From positions 15,649 to 79,648 of the forward strand of contig CAJUCM010000003.1 of NCBI GenBank assembly GCA_910585235.1: DNA of 64,000 bases, in the 5' to 3' direction. The DNA is from an uncultured Christensenella sp. GTDB lineage: Bacteria > Bacillota > Clostridia > Christensenellales > Borkfalkiaceae. Both the position numbers and the translations under genes were made by a program. Position 1 is the first letter of the stretch; each line of letters begins with the position of its first letter. Of the stretch, positions 43,961-51,244 are shown piece after piece. The notes under the pieces were generated by a model. It saw only the letters and a program-made list of their open reading frames with translations. It had not been told where the DNA came from and did not search any database.

Positions 43961-45679
43961 TTAAAATTCGCTATCATCCATGGCTTCCGCATCGTACCTG
44001 CGGTACATTTCGCGGTACGTCTCCATGTCGGAATAGAGCGCGCGGAGCATTTCCATGTATTTGATCCTGTCCTCGGCAAGCTGTGCGTCCGCACGGAGAA
44101 GCGCCTTGTAGTTGCAGTATTTGACGCGCACGCCGAGCCCCGCAAGCACAAGCCCCGCGACGACGCACACGGCGAGCAGAACGATATTCCACGGGTTAGG
44201 GATATATGCGGACAGGAAATTGCACACGATCCCCGCGGCGACGAGGATCGCGCCGAAGATAACCAACAGATAAAAATTCGTATCTTTGATCGCGGCTTTG
44301 GTTCTTTGGCAACGGTCGGTAAGAAATTTTTCGACGTTCTCTTCGTCCCCGTCCGCGTTATCGAGCGCCGTCTTTGCGGAGTATTCCCCGATATGCACGG
44401 AGAGTTTTTCGGCATACTTGCTCCTGTAAGACTTCACATATTCGCGGTAGGCGCGCCGATAGCTCGCTCTGAATTTTTCATAGGAAAACGCGGCGATCTC
44501 TTTTTTGCCCGCAAAGCGTTCGCTCTCCGTCAGCCATTTGAAGAGACATTCCTCCACGTCGAGATCGGAAACGAGCCTGACGTCCTCTTTGACTTTGAGT
44601 TCCATAGCGTCCTCCAAAACGCCCTTCGCCTCGATGATTTTCTCCTGATAGGAAATTTTATCCCTGATCTCGTCCGACTTGGGAGAACGGCAGTATTCCA
44701 CGGCTTCGTCGAGCATATCCGAATAGAACTGCGCGCGCGCCCCGTCGGAACTTCCGCCGACCAGTTTGCGAAGATACGCGGCGACCGCCCCGTTGTTCAT
44801 GGCGCCGAAGAGCGCCCCGTCGAGCGACGCGCACTCTTCGACGTGCTGTTCGATATACTTGAATTTCGGCGGACGCGTCTTCATGACCTCCACATACCCG
44901 GCGGAAATTTTAGAGACGAACGGCGTTTTGTCGCCGTCGGAGATGTTATCGATCCCAAGATAGGCGCGGAGCTTTTCCGCGCCCCGATCCCGATCGCAGA
45001 GCGCAATGACCGCCAAAAGACGCGAAAATTTCTCCTCGCTGCCGACGAGCGGAACCGCCACAAGACGGTCGATCCAGTAATTCTTTTCCGCCTCGTCGCC
45101 GCGGCGGAGCGCGATCAGAAAGTACACCCAACAGCTTCTGCGCTCGTCGAGCTTCAACGCCTCTTCGCGAGCGCGGTCGGCGGCTTCCGTCTCCCCGCGC
45201 TTGCGCAGTTGCAGATCCATCATGACGTGGCTTAAAAAGAAGTACTGCGTTTTCAGATACTGCTTTTCCGCCTGTTCCGCGATCGTCTCTTCCGAGGCAA
45301 GATTTTTCAGTTCGTTATCCACCATGGCGACGAGCATTTTACGCACGTTCTTTTCGCCGTCCTGATGATAGCGCAGTTCGTTTTTCAGTCCGCGGATGGT
45401 TTTATACGCGTTTTCCATGTTCTTGTAGCGTTCCATCATGCCGCGTATTTCGTCCTGCTTGCGGCTGACGCCGTGCAGGATCTCGTCGTCCGATCTGATC
45501 GTCTTGGCGCCCCCTTCCAGCGTTCCGATCGCGGCGTCCTTCATGGCGGCGACGTCGCGGTGCGCGGTGTTCACGGAGGAGACCATCATATTGATCTCGC
45601 TTTTCAGCTGAGCATTTTCGTTCCTGATCTGGTTGACTTTGCTCCGCATTGCATTGACGTCACTTTGCGTAACACTCAT
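43961..45679 (-). CDS. coiled-coil / helical-core / C-terminal 2-TM hairpin protein, paralogue 3 (572 aa)
   Basis: N-terminal heptad-rich ~110 aa. Core YFFLSHVMMDL...RRSCWVYFLIALRRGDEAEKNYW aligns with the other two paralogues. Two TM helices (LLVIFGAILVAAGIVCNFL, IVLLAVCVVAGLVLAGLGV) plus a ~60-aa helical tail. SD GGAGGT, ATGA overlap with the AAA+ gene. Confidence 0.75.
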   Translation of the reverse strand: MSVTQSDVNAMRSKVNQIRNENAQLKSEINMMVSSVNTAHRDVAAMKDAAIGTLEGGAKTIRSDDEILHGVSRKQDEIRGMMERYKNMENAYKTIRGLKNELRYHQDGEKNVRKMLVAMVDNELKNLASEETIAEQAEKQYLKTQYFFLSHVMMDLQLRKRGETEAADRAREEALKLDERRSCWVYFLIALRRGDEAEKNYWIDRLVAVPLVGSEEKFSRLLAVIALCDRDRGAEKLRAYLGIDNISDGDKTPFVSKISAGYVEVMKTRPPKFKYIEQHVEECASLDGALFGAMNNGAVAAYLRKLVGGSSDGARAQFYSDMLDEAVEYCRSPKSDEIRDKISYQEKIIEAKGVLEDAMELKVKEDVRLVSDLDVEECLFKWLTESERFAGKKEIAAFSYEKFRASYRRAYREYVKSYRSKYAEKLSVHIGEYSAKTALDNADGDEENVEKFLTDRCQRTKAAIKDTNFYLLVIFGAILVAAGIVCNFLSAYIPNPWNIVLLAVCVVAGLVLAGLGVRVKYCNYKALLRADAQLAEDRIKYMEMLRALYSDMETYREMYRRYDAEAMDDSEF

Positions 45680-47163
45680 TTTTTACCTCCGTTCCCCGAC
45701 GCGGGGACCGCGCTCGTACTGCCCCATTCGCGCAACTCCCCGATCAGTTCTTTTTTCGTGGCAAGCATGCTCACCGTCTGTTTGAACGCCGCGGCAAGCT
45801 CCTCGAACGAACCCGTTTTTCCGCTCATGTATTCCTCTTCCGCAACGCTCTTGACCGCGGCTTCGATGTCCGCATAGGAGAACCCCTCGGACAGTGCGAC
45901 GAGCCGCTCCGTCTGTTCTTGGTTCAGCGGGAAAGAGAGGCAGAGTTCCGCATACAGCCCGATCGCGCTCGCGCGCTCCTCCCCGTCGGGCAGATCGACG
46001 AAAAAGGTCTCGTTGAATCTTCCCTTGCGGAAGAGTTCGGGCGGAAGTTTGGAAATATCGTTTGCCGTAGCAACGAGGAACACCCGATCCGAATTTTCCT
46101 GCAACCAAAAGAGAAGTCCGCCTAAGATACGCTTCGTCGTATCGTTGTCGCCTCCGCTGTAAAGCTCCTTTTCGATCTCGTCGATCCAGACGACGCAGGG
46201 ACTTACACTGCCGATATAGTCGAGCGAGAGCCTGAGATTTTTTTCGCTTTCGCCCACGTATTTATCGAACAGCGCGCCGATGTCGAAGCGGTACAGCGGC
46301 AAACGCCACCTGTCCGCAATGAGCTTTGCGGAGAGCGATTTTCCGCAACCGGGAACGCCGACCATGAGGATCCCGCGCGGAGGACTGATGTATTTTTTGT
46401 CGAGCGCGTCCTTGGGCGCAAAGAAAATTTTCTCTTTCCGCGCCAGCCACCTCTTGACCCCGTCGAGCCCCGCAACGTGCACGTCCCCTACGTCCACGCG
46501 GGAAACGGCGGCGTTCTTGCCGAACAGCTTATCTTTCTGCATTGCGACCGCGCACAGATTTTCGTAGGTGAACCCGCCCGAAAGTTTATAGGCGTAATTC
46601 ATGACGATATTCAACTGCAAAGCGGTGTAGCCCGAAAGCACCGTGGCGGTCTGGGGGATTTTGCTCTTATCAAGCGTTTTGATCTTATGATGGGCGATAA
46701 ATCCCGCAATCTGCTTTTCGCGCTCCTTCTGCGTCGGCAGATCGAGTTTGATAAACATTCCGAGTCTTCCCAAGCCCCGCCATACGGGATCGGACGTGAC
46801 GACGACGATCGAACTTTTTCTGTCGGAGGCAAGCCTCACGAGCGCGGACATCTTTCTGGAAAACGAATTGTCCGTATCCAGATAGCGCACGTCGCCGAGC
46901 GCAAAGCACTGCCCGCTCTTCTTTTTCAGCTTCTCCTCGATATAGACGAGCGGTTCGCGCGATTCCGCGCTCCTCTCCTCCCGTCTCAGCTCGATAAAGC
47001 CGTCGGTATCGGTATAAAATTCCAGTTCACTGCCGAGCTCTTCCGCCGCGTCTTTGAGCGCCGAACGCGCCCTGTCCCGTTCCGCCGTCATCAGCACGAC
47101 GAGCGGGGTTCGCGCCGCGATACAGGCGGTAAGCTCTTTCACTGTCTGCAAATAATTACTCAT
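45676..47163 (-). CDS. classical-clade AAA+ ATPase (COG0464 / Ycf46-like), N-terminal ~230 aa without Walker motifs
   Basis: Walker A GVPGCGKS, Walker B VVWIDEIE, VGESEKNLR, and second region of homology ATANDISKLPPELFRKGRFNETFFVDLP. Confidence 0.88.
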   Translation of the reverse strand: MSNYLQTVKELTACIAARTPLVVLMTAERDRARSALKDAAEELGSELEFYTDTDGFIELRREERSAESREPLVYIEEKLKKKSGQCFALGDVRYLDTDNSFSRKMSALVRLASDRKSSIVVVTSDPVWRGLGRLGMFIKLDLPTQKEREKQIAGFIAHHKIKTLDKSKIPQTATVLSGYTALQLNIVMNYAYKLSGGFTYENLCAVAMQKDKLFGKNAAVSRVDVGDVHVAGLDGVKRWLARKEKIFFAPKDALDKKYISPPRGILMVGVPGCGKSLSAKLIADRWRLPLYRFDIGALFDKYVGESEKNLRLSLDYIGSVSPCVVWIDEIEKELYSGGDNDTTKRILGGLLFWLQENSDRVFLVATANDISKLPPELFRKGRFNETFFVDLPDGEERASAIGLYAELCLSFPLNQEQTERLVALSEGFSYADIEAAVKSVAEEEYMSGKTGSFEELAAAFKQTVSMLATKKELIGELREWGSTSAVPASGNGGKK

Positions 47164-47169
47164 AATTCA

Positions 47170-47607
47170 CTATGCCGTTTTTTTAAGCCCCGCCGCGCTT
47201 TCCAGCGCGGAGAGATGATATACAATGTCTGCGTTTTCGTTCTCGACGGAAATTTCGATCTTGCCGACGAAATCCCCGACCAGCGTGCGGATATATTCCT
47301 CGATCCTGTCCGCGTCCGCCTTTCGGATAAAGCCGAGCTCTCTGAAAAAATACATGTTCGCGACGGTATCCGTGAGAACTTCGAGCCTGTAAAGACTTTC
47401 GACAAGTTCGTCCGTTCCCTCTTCAAACAGGGCGAGTGACGCTTTGAGATTGCGCTCCACGCATTCGCCGATCAGCGCGATCAGCGAGGCATAGTCGCAT
47501 TTTTTCAACTTGCCCCGTTTGAGATATTCCGCTTTCTCGCCCGTGAGCCTGCCCGAAAGCGCCTCTTCCCACTGCTCCGCCTTAGAGGGTCCCTTCTTCC
47601 GCCTCAT
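47170..47607 (-). CDS. hypothetical 145-aa helical protein
   Basis: Basic N-terminus, then predicted helices (LIALIGECVERNLKASLALFEEG...VANMYFFRELGFI). SD AAGGA. Packed 4 nt after the preceding small ORF. Confidence 0.6.
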   Translation of the reverse strand: MRRKKGPSKAEQWEEALSGRLTGEKAEYLKRGKLKKCDYASLIALIGECVERNLKASLALFEEGTDELVESLYRLEVLTDTVANMYFFRELGFIRKADADRIEEYIRTLVGDFVGKIEISVENENADIVYHLSALESAAGLKKTA

Positions 47608-47611
47608 GATC

Positions 47612-47779
47612 TCAGTCCTTATATTTTGCGGGAGGCATGATGCTCCACTTGGGGAGTTTCTTTTTCAGCTCGTTGAGCTGTTCCGTGGAGAGCACGTTCG
47701 CGCCCTCTTCGCCGATAAACATCGAGAAATCGAACTCCTCTTTTTCCCTGTTCTTTTCCGTATTTTCGTTTTCCGTCAT
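47612..47779 (-). CDS. unlisted 55-aa ORF (MTENENTEKNREKEEFDFSMFIGEEGANVLSTEQLNELKKKLPKWSIMPPAKYKD)
   Basis: Hand-translated. AAGGAG lies 10 nt upstream. It fills the only gap in the operon (23 nt after the upstream gene, 4 nt before the downstream gene). Below the ORF-track cut-off. Confidence 0.5.
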   Translation of the reverse strand: MTENENTEKNREKEEFDFSMFIGEEGANVLSTEQLNELKKKLPKWSIMPPAKYKD

Positions 47780-47802
47780 TTCCTCAATTCTCCTTACCTG
47801 TA

Positions 47803-49452
47803 TTATAAATTATCGATCGCTTTCAGGACCTCGTCCTTCAAGTCAAGTTCTTTTCCGATCACGGCGCGGTAATTGTCGATTTCGTCAAGACATTTATCGA
47901 GTATTTTCTGCGCCTTTGCGATCCGTGCGGGGAATGTTCTCACTTTGAGCAGGGTCGTGATCAAAACGATCAGAAAGAATACGAGAAAGAGTACGGGTCC
48001 CGCGATATATCCGATAAAGAACAGCTCCTCTTCCAAAGACTGCATGATCATGCCGACCGCGCAGCCCGCGATCAGGAACACGAGCGCAAGCACAGAAAGA
48101 ATGATATTCCGTTTGGTAAAGACCACCTCTTTGGAGCGCGCCTCCATGAATCTGTCGTGAATGTTCTTTTTGACCGCCTCCCGATCCTTTCCGTCGGTGA
48201 CGTCCGACCACAGGTCGATACCGAGTTTGAAGTTTTCGGGGATCTCCGTTCTGATCTCGCGGTCGTAAGCTCTGACCGCCTCCTTGAACCAACCGCCCGT
48301 CTTCTGCATGGCAAACTTCTGAACGCTGATATCCTCGCCCTCCGGATAGACCGCCCAGCGGAATATCTGCTTACTGATATTGGAATTGGATTCGTTAAAG
48401 GTCTCCATGTACTGCGCGTATTCTTTTTTCGCCGCCTCTACGTCCCCTTCGTGCTCCATGATGAGCTTATAGAGCTTCTGCTCGTTTCTCAGTTGCAGTT
48501 CCTCTTCGTCGTAGTTGTTTACGAGATCGTCGAGCAGTTTGTCGATCTTTGCGACAAAGTCCCCCGTCCCGTTCACGACGGGCGCGTTCTCCAATGTTTT
48601 AATGCGTTTCAACGCGGACCCGTAGCGGCTCGCGCTCTCGTAGGACGCTTGCAGTTCGTCGAGATTCGAGCAGTGATCGTACAGCGTTCCGCAGGGGATC
48701 TCCGCCTTGCCGACGGGCAGCGTCCGCACATATTTACAGTAGCTCTCCGTCAGCTCCTCCGACATCTCTTTTTCCGCGCCGATCTCGTTGACCCATCTGT
48801 CCATCGTCATCTGGACAAAGCTGTCGAGCTGAACGTCCCGTCCGAATACGCCGTAGATATACGCCTGGATCAGAAGCGCGGTTTCGCGCGGGGGATGCAG
48901 GCTGTCAACCGCGCCGAAAAACTCGTACAGCCAGGAGCGCGCCGCGATGTGGTCGCCGAAGCGCAGGTTCAACAGACAGAAGAAGAGCGAAGCGCGGGAA
49001 GCGTCGCGGCGGAGCGCTTCGCTAACGGCGTTTTCGCACAGCTCCTTATTGTCCTGCACCCAGGCGCTGATCGCGATGAACGCATAGCTCAGCCAGTAAC
49101 GCGAAGAGGACATCCAAAGTTCCTCGCTCAGTTTTGCGATCGTGGAACCGCGGGCAAGGTTAATATCGAAGTCCTTGATGACGCCGAGGACCGAACGGCG
49201 GGTCTGGATATAACTGTTGAGCTGTTCGTTGATCCGCTGTTCGAGCTGTAAAACGTTCTCGTGCGCAAGCTGTTTTTCCTCGCCCTCGATGATCATTTTC
49301 CGCAACTGCGTCATCTTCTGATCGACGTTGTTGACCGTCGAGTCGATCTTATTGAGCGCGGCGTTCATTTTATCCGCCTGCGTCTTGACCCCGCTTGCAA
49401 ACGCGTTCGCCGTACTGTTGAGCGCGCTGACTAATTGAGACGTACTTGCCAT
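47803..49452 (-). CDS. coiled-coil / helical-core / C-terminal 2-TM hairpin protein, paralogue 2 (549 aa)
   Basis: Core SSRYWLSYAFIAISAWVQDNKELCENAVSEALRRDASRASLFFCLLNLRFGDHIAARSW. Two TM helices plus a helical tail. Start abuts the stop of the upstream gene (AGGAGGAAATATAA ATG). Confidence 0.75.
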   Translation of the reverse strand: MASTSQLVSALNSTANAFASGVKTQADKMNAALNKIDSTVNNVDQKMTQLRKMIIEGEEKQLAHENVLQLEQRINEQLNSYIQTRRSVLGVIKDFDINLARGSTIAKLSEELWMSSSRYWLSYAFIAISAWVQDNKELCENAVSEALRRDASRASLFFCLLNLRFGDHIAARSWLYEFFGAVDSLHPPRETALLIQAYIYGVFGRDVQLDSFVQMTMDRWVNEIGAEKEMSEELTESYCKYVRTLPVGKAEIPCGTLYDHCSNLDELQASYESASRYGSALKRIKTLENAPVVNGTGDFVAKIDKLLDDLVNNYDEEELQLRNEQKLYKLIMEHEGDVEAAKKEYAQYMETFNESNSNISKQIFRWAVYPEGEDISVQKFAMQKTGGWFKEAVRAYDREIRTEIPENFKLGIDLWSDVTDGKDREAVKKNIHDRFMEARSKEVVFTKRNIILSVLALVFLIAGCAVGMIMQSLEEELFFIGYIAGPVLFLVFFLIVLITTLLKVRTFPARIAKAQKILDKCLDEIDNYRAVIGKELDLKDEVLKAIDNL

Positions 49453-51234
49453 TTATATTTCCTCCTTCAATACCCGCATGAGTTCTTCATAAATTGCGTC
49501 CTGTTCTTTGTAATACTTCCGCCAGCGCGCCATATCTTCCAAACCCGTTTTCAACATTTTCACGCCGTTTTTGATCCGGTATTCAAACGCCTTTTTGATC
49601 TTCTTTTTCTGATCCGCTCTGAAAAACGCCATGAGAACGCCCGCTCCGAGCCCGACGATCGCAAGCACCAAAAGCGTCACGCTGACCCCCGTGCCCCATT
49701 CCAGAACAAACCCGACGACCGCAAGCGCAAGAAAGAGCACGAACATGGAAGCGGAGATCGCGATCCCCTTTCCGCAGGCGACGTGCGTTTTATCCGACTT
49801 GACCCGCTGTTTGATCAGTCCGTCATAGTATTTGAGAAGTTTGGGTTCGTTCTCCTCAAAGCTGTTTTCGTCGCCCGAAAGTTTACAGCCGTCCACGTCG
49901 AGCGGATAGATCTTCTTTTCCTTTTTGCGGTACTGCCCGAACCGCGCCACCCCGTCGATACAGTCCTCTTTGATCCCGTCGAGGCAGAACTTTCTCACAC
50001 GGCTGTCCGTCTTCATTTTGGAATCGAGCGCCGCGTCCGCCATGATGAGCGCCATGTTGTTTTGATTGTCGCGCTCCGCCATCATCTTTTTATAGGCTTC
50101 CTCGGCGACTTCCACTCTGCCGTTGGCTTTGACGACCGCCTCTTCGTAACTGATCTTATCCATGAGCGCCTGCTCGTTCTCGTCGTAAGTGGAAATGAGC
50201 GAATAGAGCGAATCCTCGATCCTCTCCGCGAGCCTGTCGCTCAAAGAAAAGTCACTCTGAACGATCGAAAGAAAGTACTTTTTCAAGAGTTCGTTTTTCT
50301 CCGCGGAGGAGACGAGAGAAAGCATTTCTTCATATTCCGTACAGATATGTTTGAGCGCGATAAATTCTTTGTCGGTCACGGAGATGAGCGCGGAAATATG
50401 GTTATCGACGCTTTCGCGGACGAGCGCTTTCGTCGAAGCCTGCCCCCGCGCCCTATCGATGAGTTCGCGCAATTTCTCCCCGACTTCGTTCGCAAAGTCG
50501 GGATCGGATCCCAGCGCCCCGCTCAACAGCGCTTGCAGGATATAGACGATCTCGTCGCCCACGCCGTTTTCATCCACGAGATTGAAATAAACTTTGTACC
50601 ACGCCTTTGCCGCCTCGATCCTGTCAAAGCGGAGGGACGCGAGCAGAAAGAAGAGCGCGGACTTCCTCTCGTTCATCTGCATACTCTTGCTGACCGCGCG
50701 CTGACACGCCTCTTCCTCGTCCGACGCCCATAGCATGACCGCCATCGTGGCGTACGCAAGCCAGTAGTCGGTGTTCGCAAGATACATTTTCTCCACCGTC
50801 GCGCGCGGCGCGTCGCTCGTCCATAAATTGGAATCGAGACCGACGACGTAGCCGAGCGAAACCCTTCTGAGCGCGTTATAGGTGCCGTAGAGCGTAAAAT
50901 ATTTATCGTAACTTCCCGTCAGGTTTTTGGAAGCCGTACTGCCCACCTTCAATCTGCGGTAACTCTCGACAAGGTCGTCGATCGTGCGCGATACGTTGGC
51001 GGCAATGACCTCTTTTTTGATCGTCTCGCCCGTGTTCATATCCATGGGCGGAGGCACCGTTTTGTTGAGCTGTTCGATGATCGAAATGGAAGCCGCAACG
51101 TCGCGCTGACAGCCTTCCACTTCGGCAACGAGCCTTATCTGCTCTTCCCTGAGCGCGTTGAACTCGGCAACGAGGCGGTTGTATTCGTTTACGAGCTGAA
51201 CTTGCCGTTCGTACTCTGCATCGTAGTCTGCCAT
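49453..51234 (-). CDS. coiled-coil / helical-core / C-terminal 2-TM hairpin protein, paralogue 1 (593 aa)
   Basis: Core NTDYWLAYATMAVMLWASDEEEACQRAVSKSMQMNERKSALFFLLASLRFDRIEAAKAW. TM helices ISASMFVLFLALAVVGFVL and VTLLVLAIVGLGAGVLMAFF plus a basic helical tail. SD AGGAGAGG. Confidence 0.75.
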   Translation of the reverse strand: MADYDAEYERQVQLVNEYNRLVAEFNALREEQIRLVAEVEGCQRDVAASISIIEQLNKTVPPPMDMNTGETIKKEVIAANVSRTIDDLVESYRRLKVGSTASKNLTGSYDKYFTLYGTYNALRRVSLGYVVGLDSNLWTSDAPRATVEKMYLANTDYWLAYATMAVMLWASDEEEACQRAVSKSMQMNERKSALFFLLASLRFDRIEAAKAWYKVYFNLVDENGVGDEIVYILQALLSGALGSDPDFANEVGEKLRELIDRARGQASTKALVRESVDNHISALISVTDKEFIALKHICTEYEEMLSLVSSAEKNELLKKYFLSIVQSDFSLSDRLAERIEDSLYSLISTYDENEQALMDKISYEEAVVKANGRVEVAEEAYKKMMAERDNQNNMALIMADAALDSKMKTDSRVRKFCLDGIKEDCIDGVARFGQYRKKEKKIYPLDVDGCKLSGDENSFEENEPKLLKYYDGLIKQRVKSDKTHVACGKGIAISASMFVLFLALAVVGFVLEWGTGVSVTLLVLAIVGLGAGVLMAFFRADQKKKIKKAFEYRIKNGVKMLKTGLEDMARWRKYYKEQDAIYEELMRVLKEEI

Positions 51235-51244
51235 ATCCTCTCCT

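Noticed and set aside
43919-45235. Long plus-strand ORFs opposite the seven-gene operon (43919-45235, 46477-47439, 48157-49251, 49435-50733, 51257-52528, 53426-54193).
   Set aside because: All are antisense shadows, rich in R, F, L and D with no SD sequences. The minus-strand frames have strong SDs, coupled junctions, paralogy and recognisable motifs.
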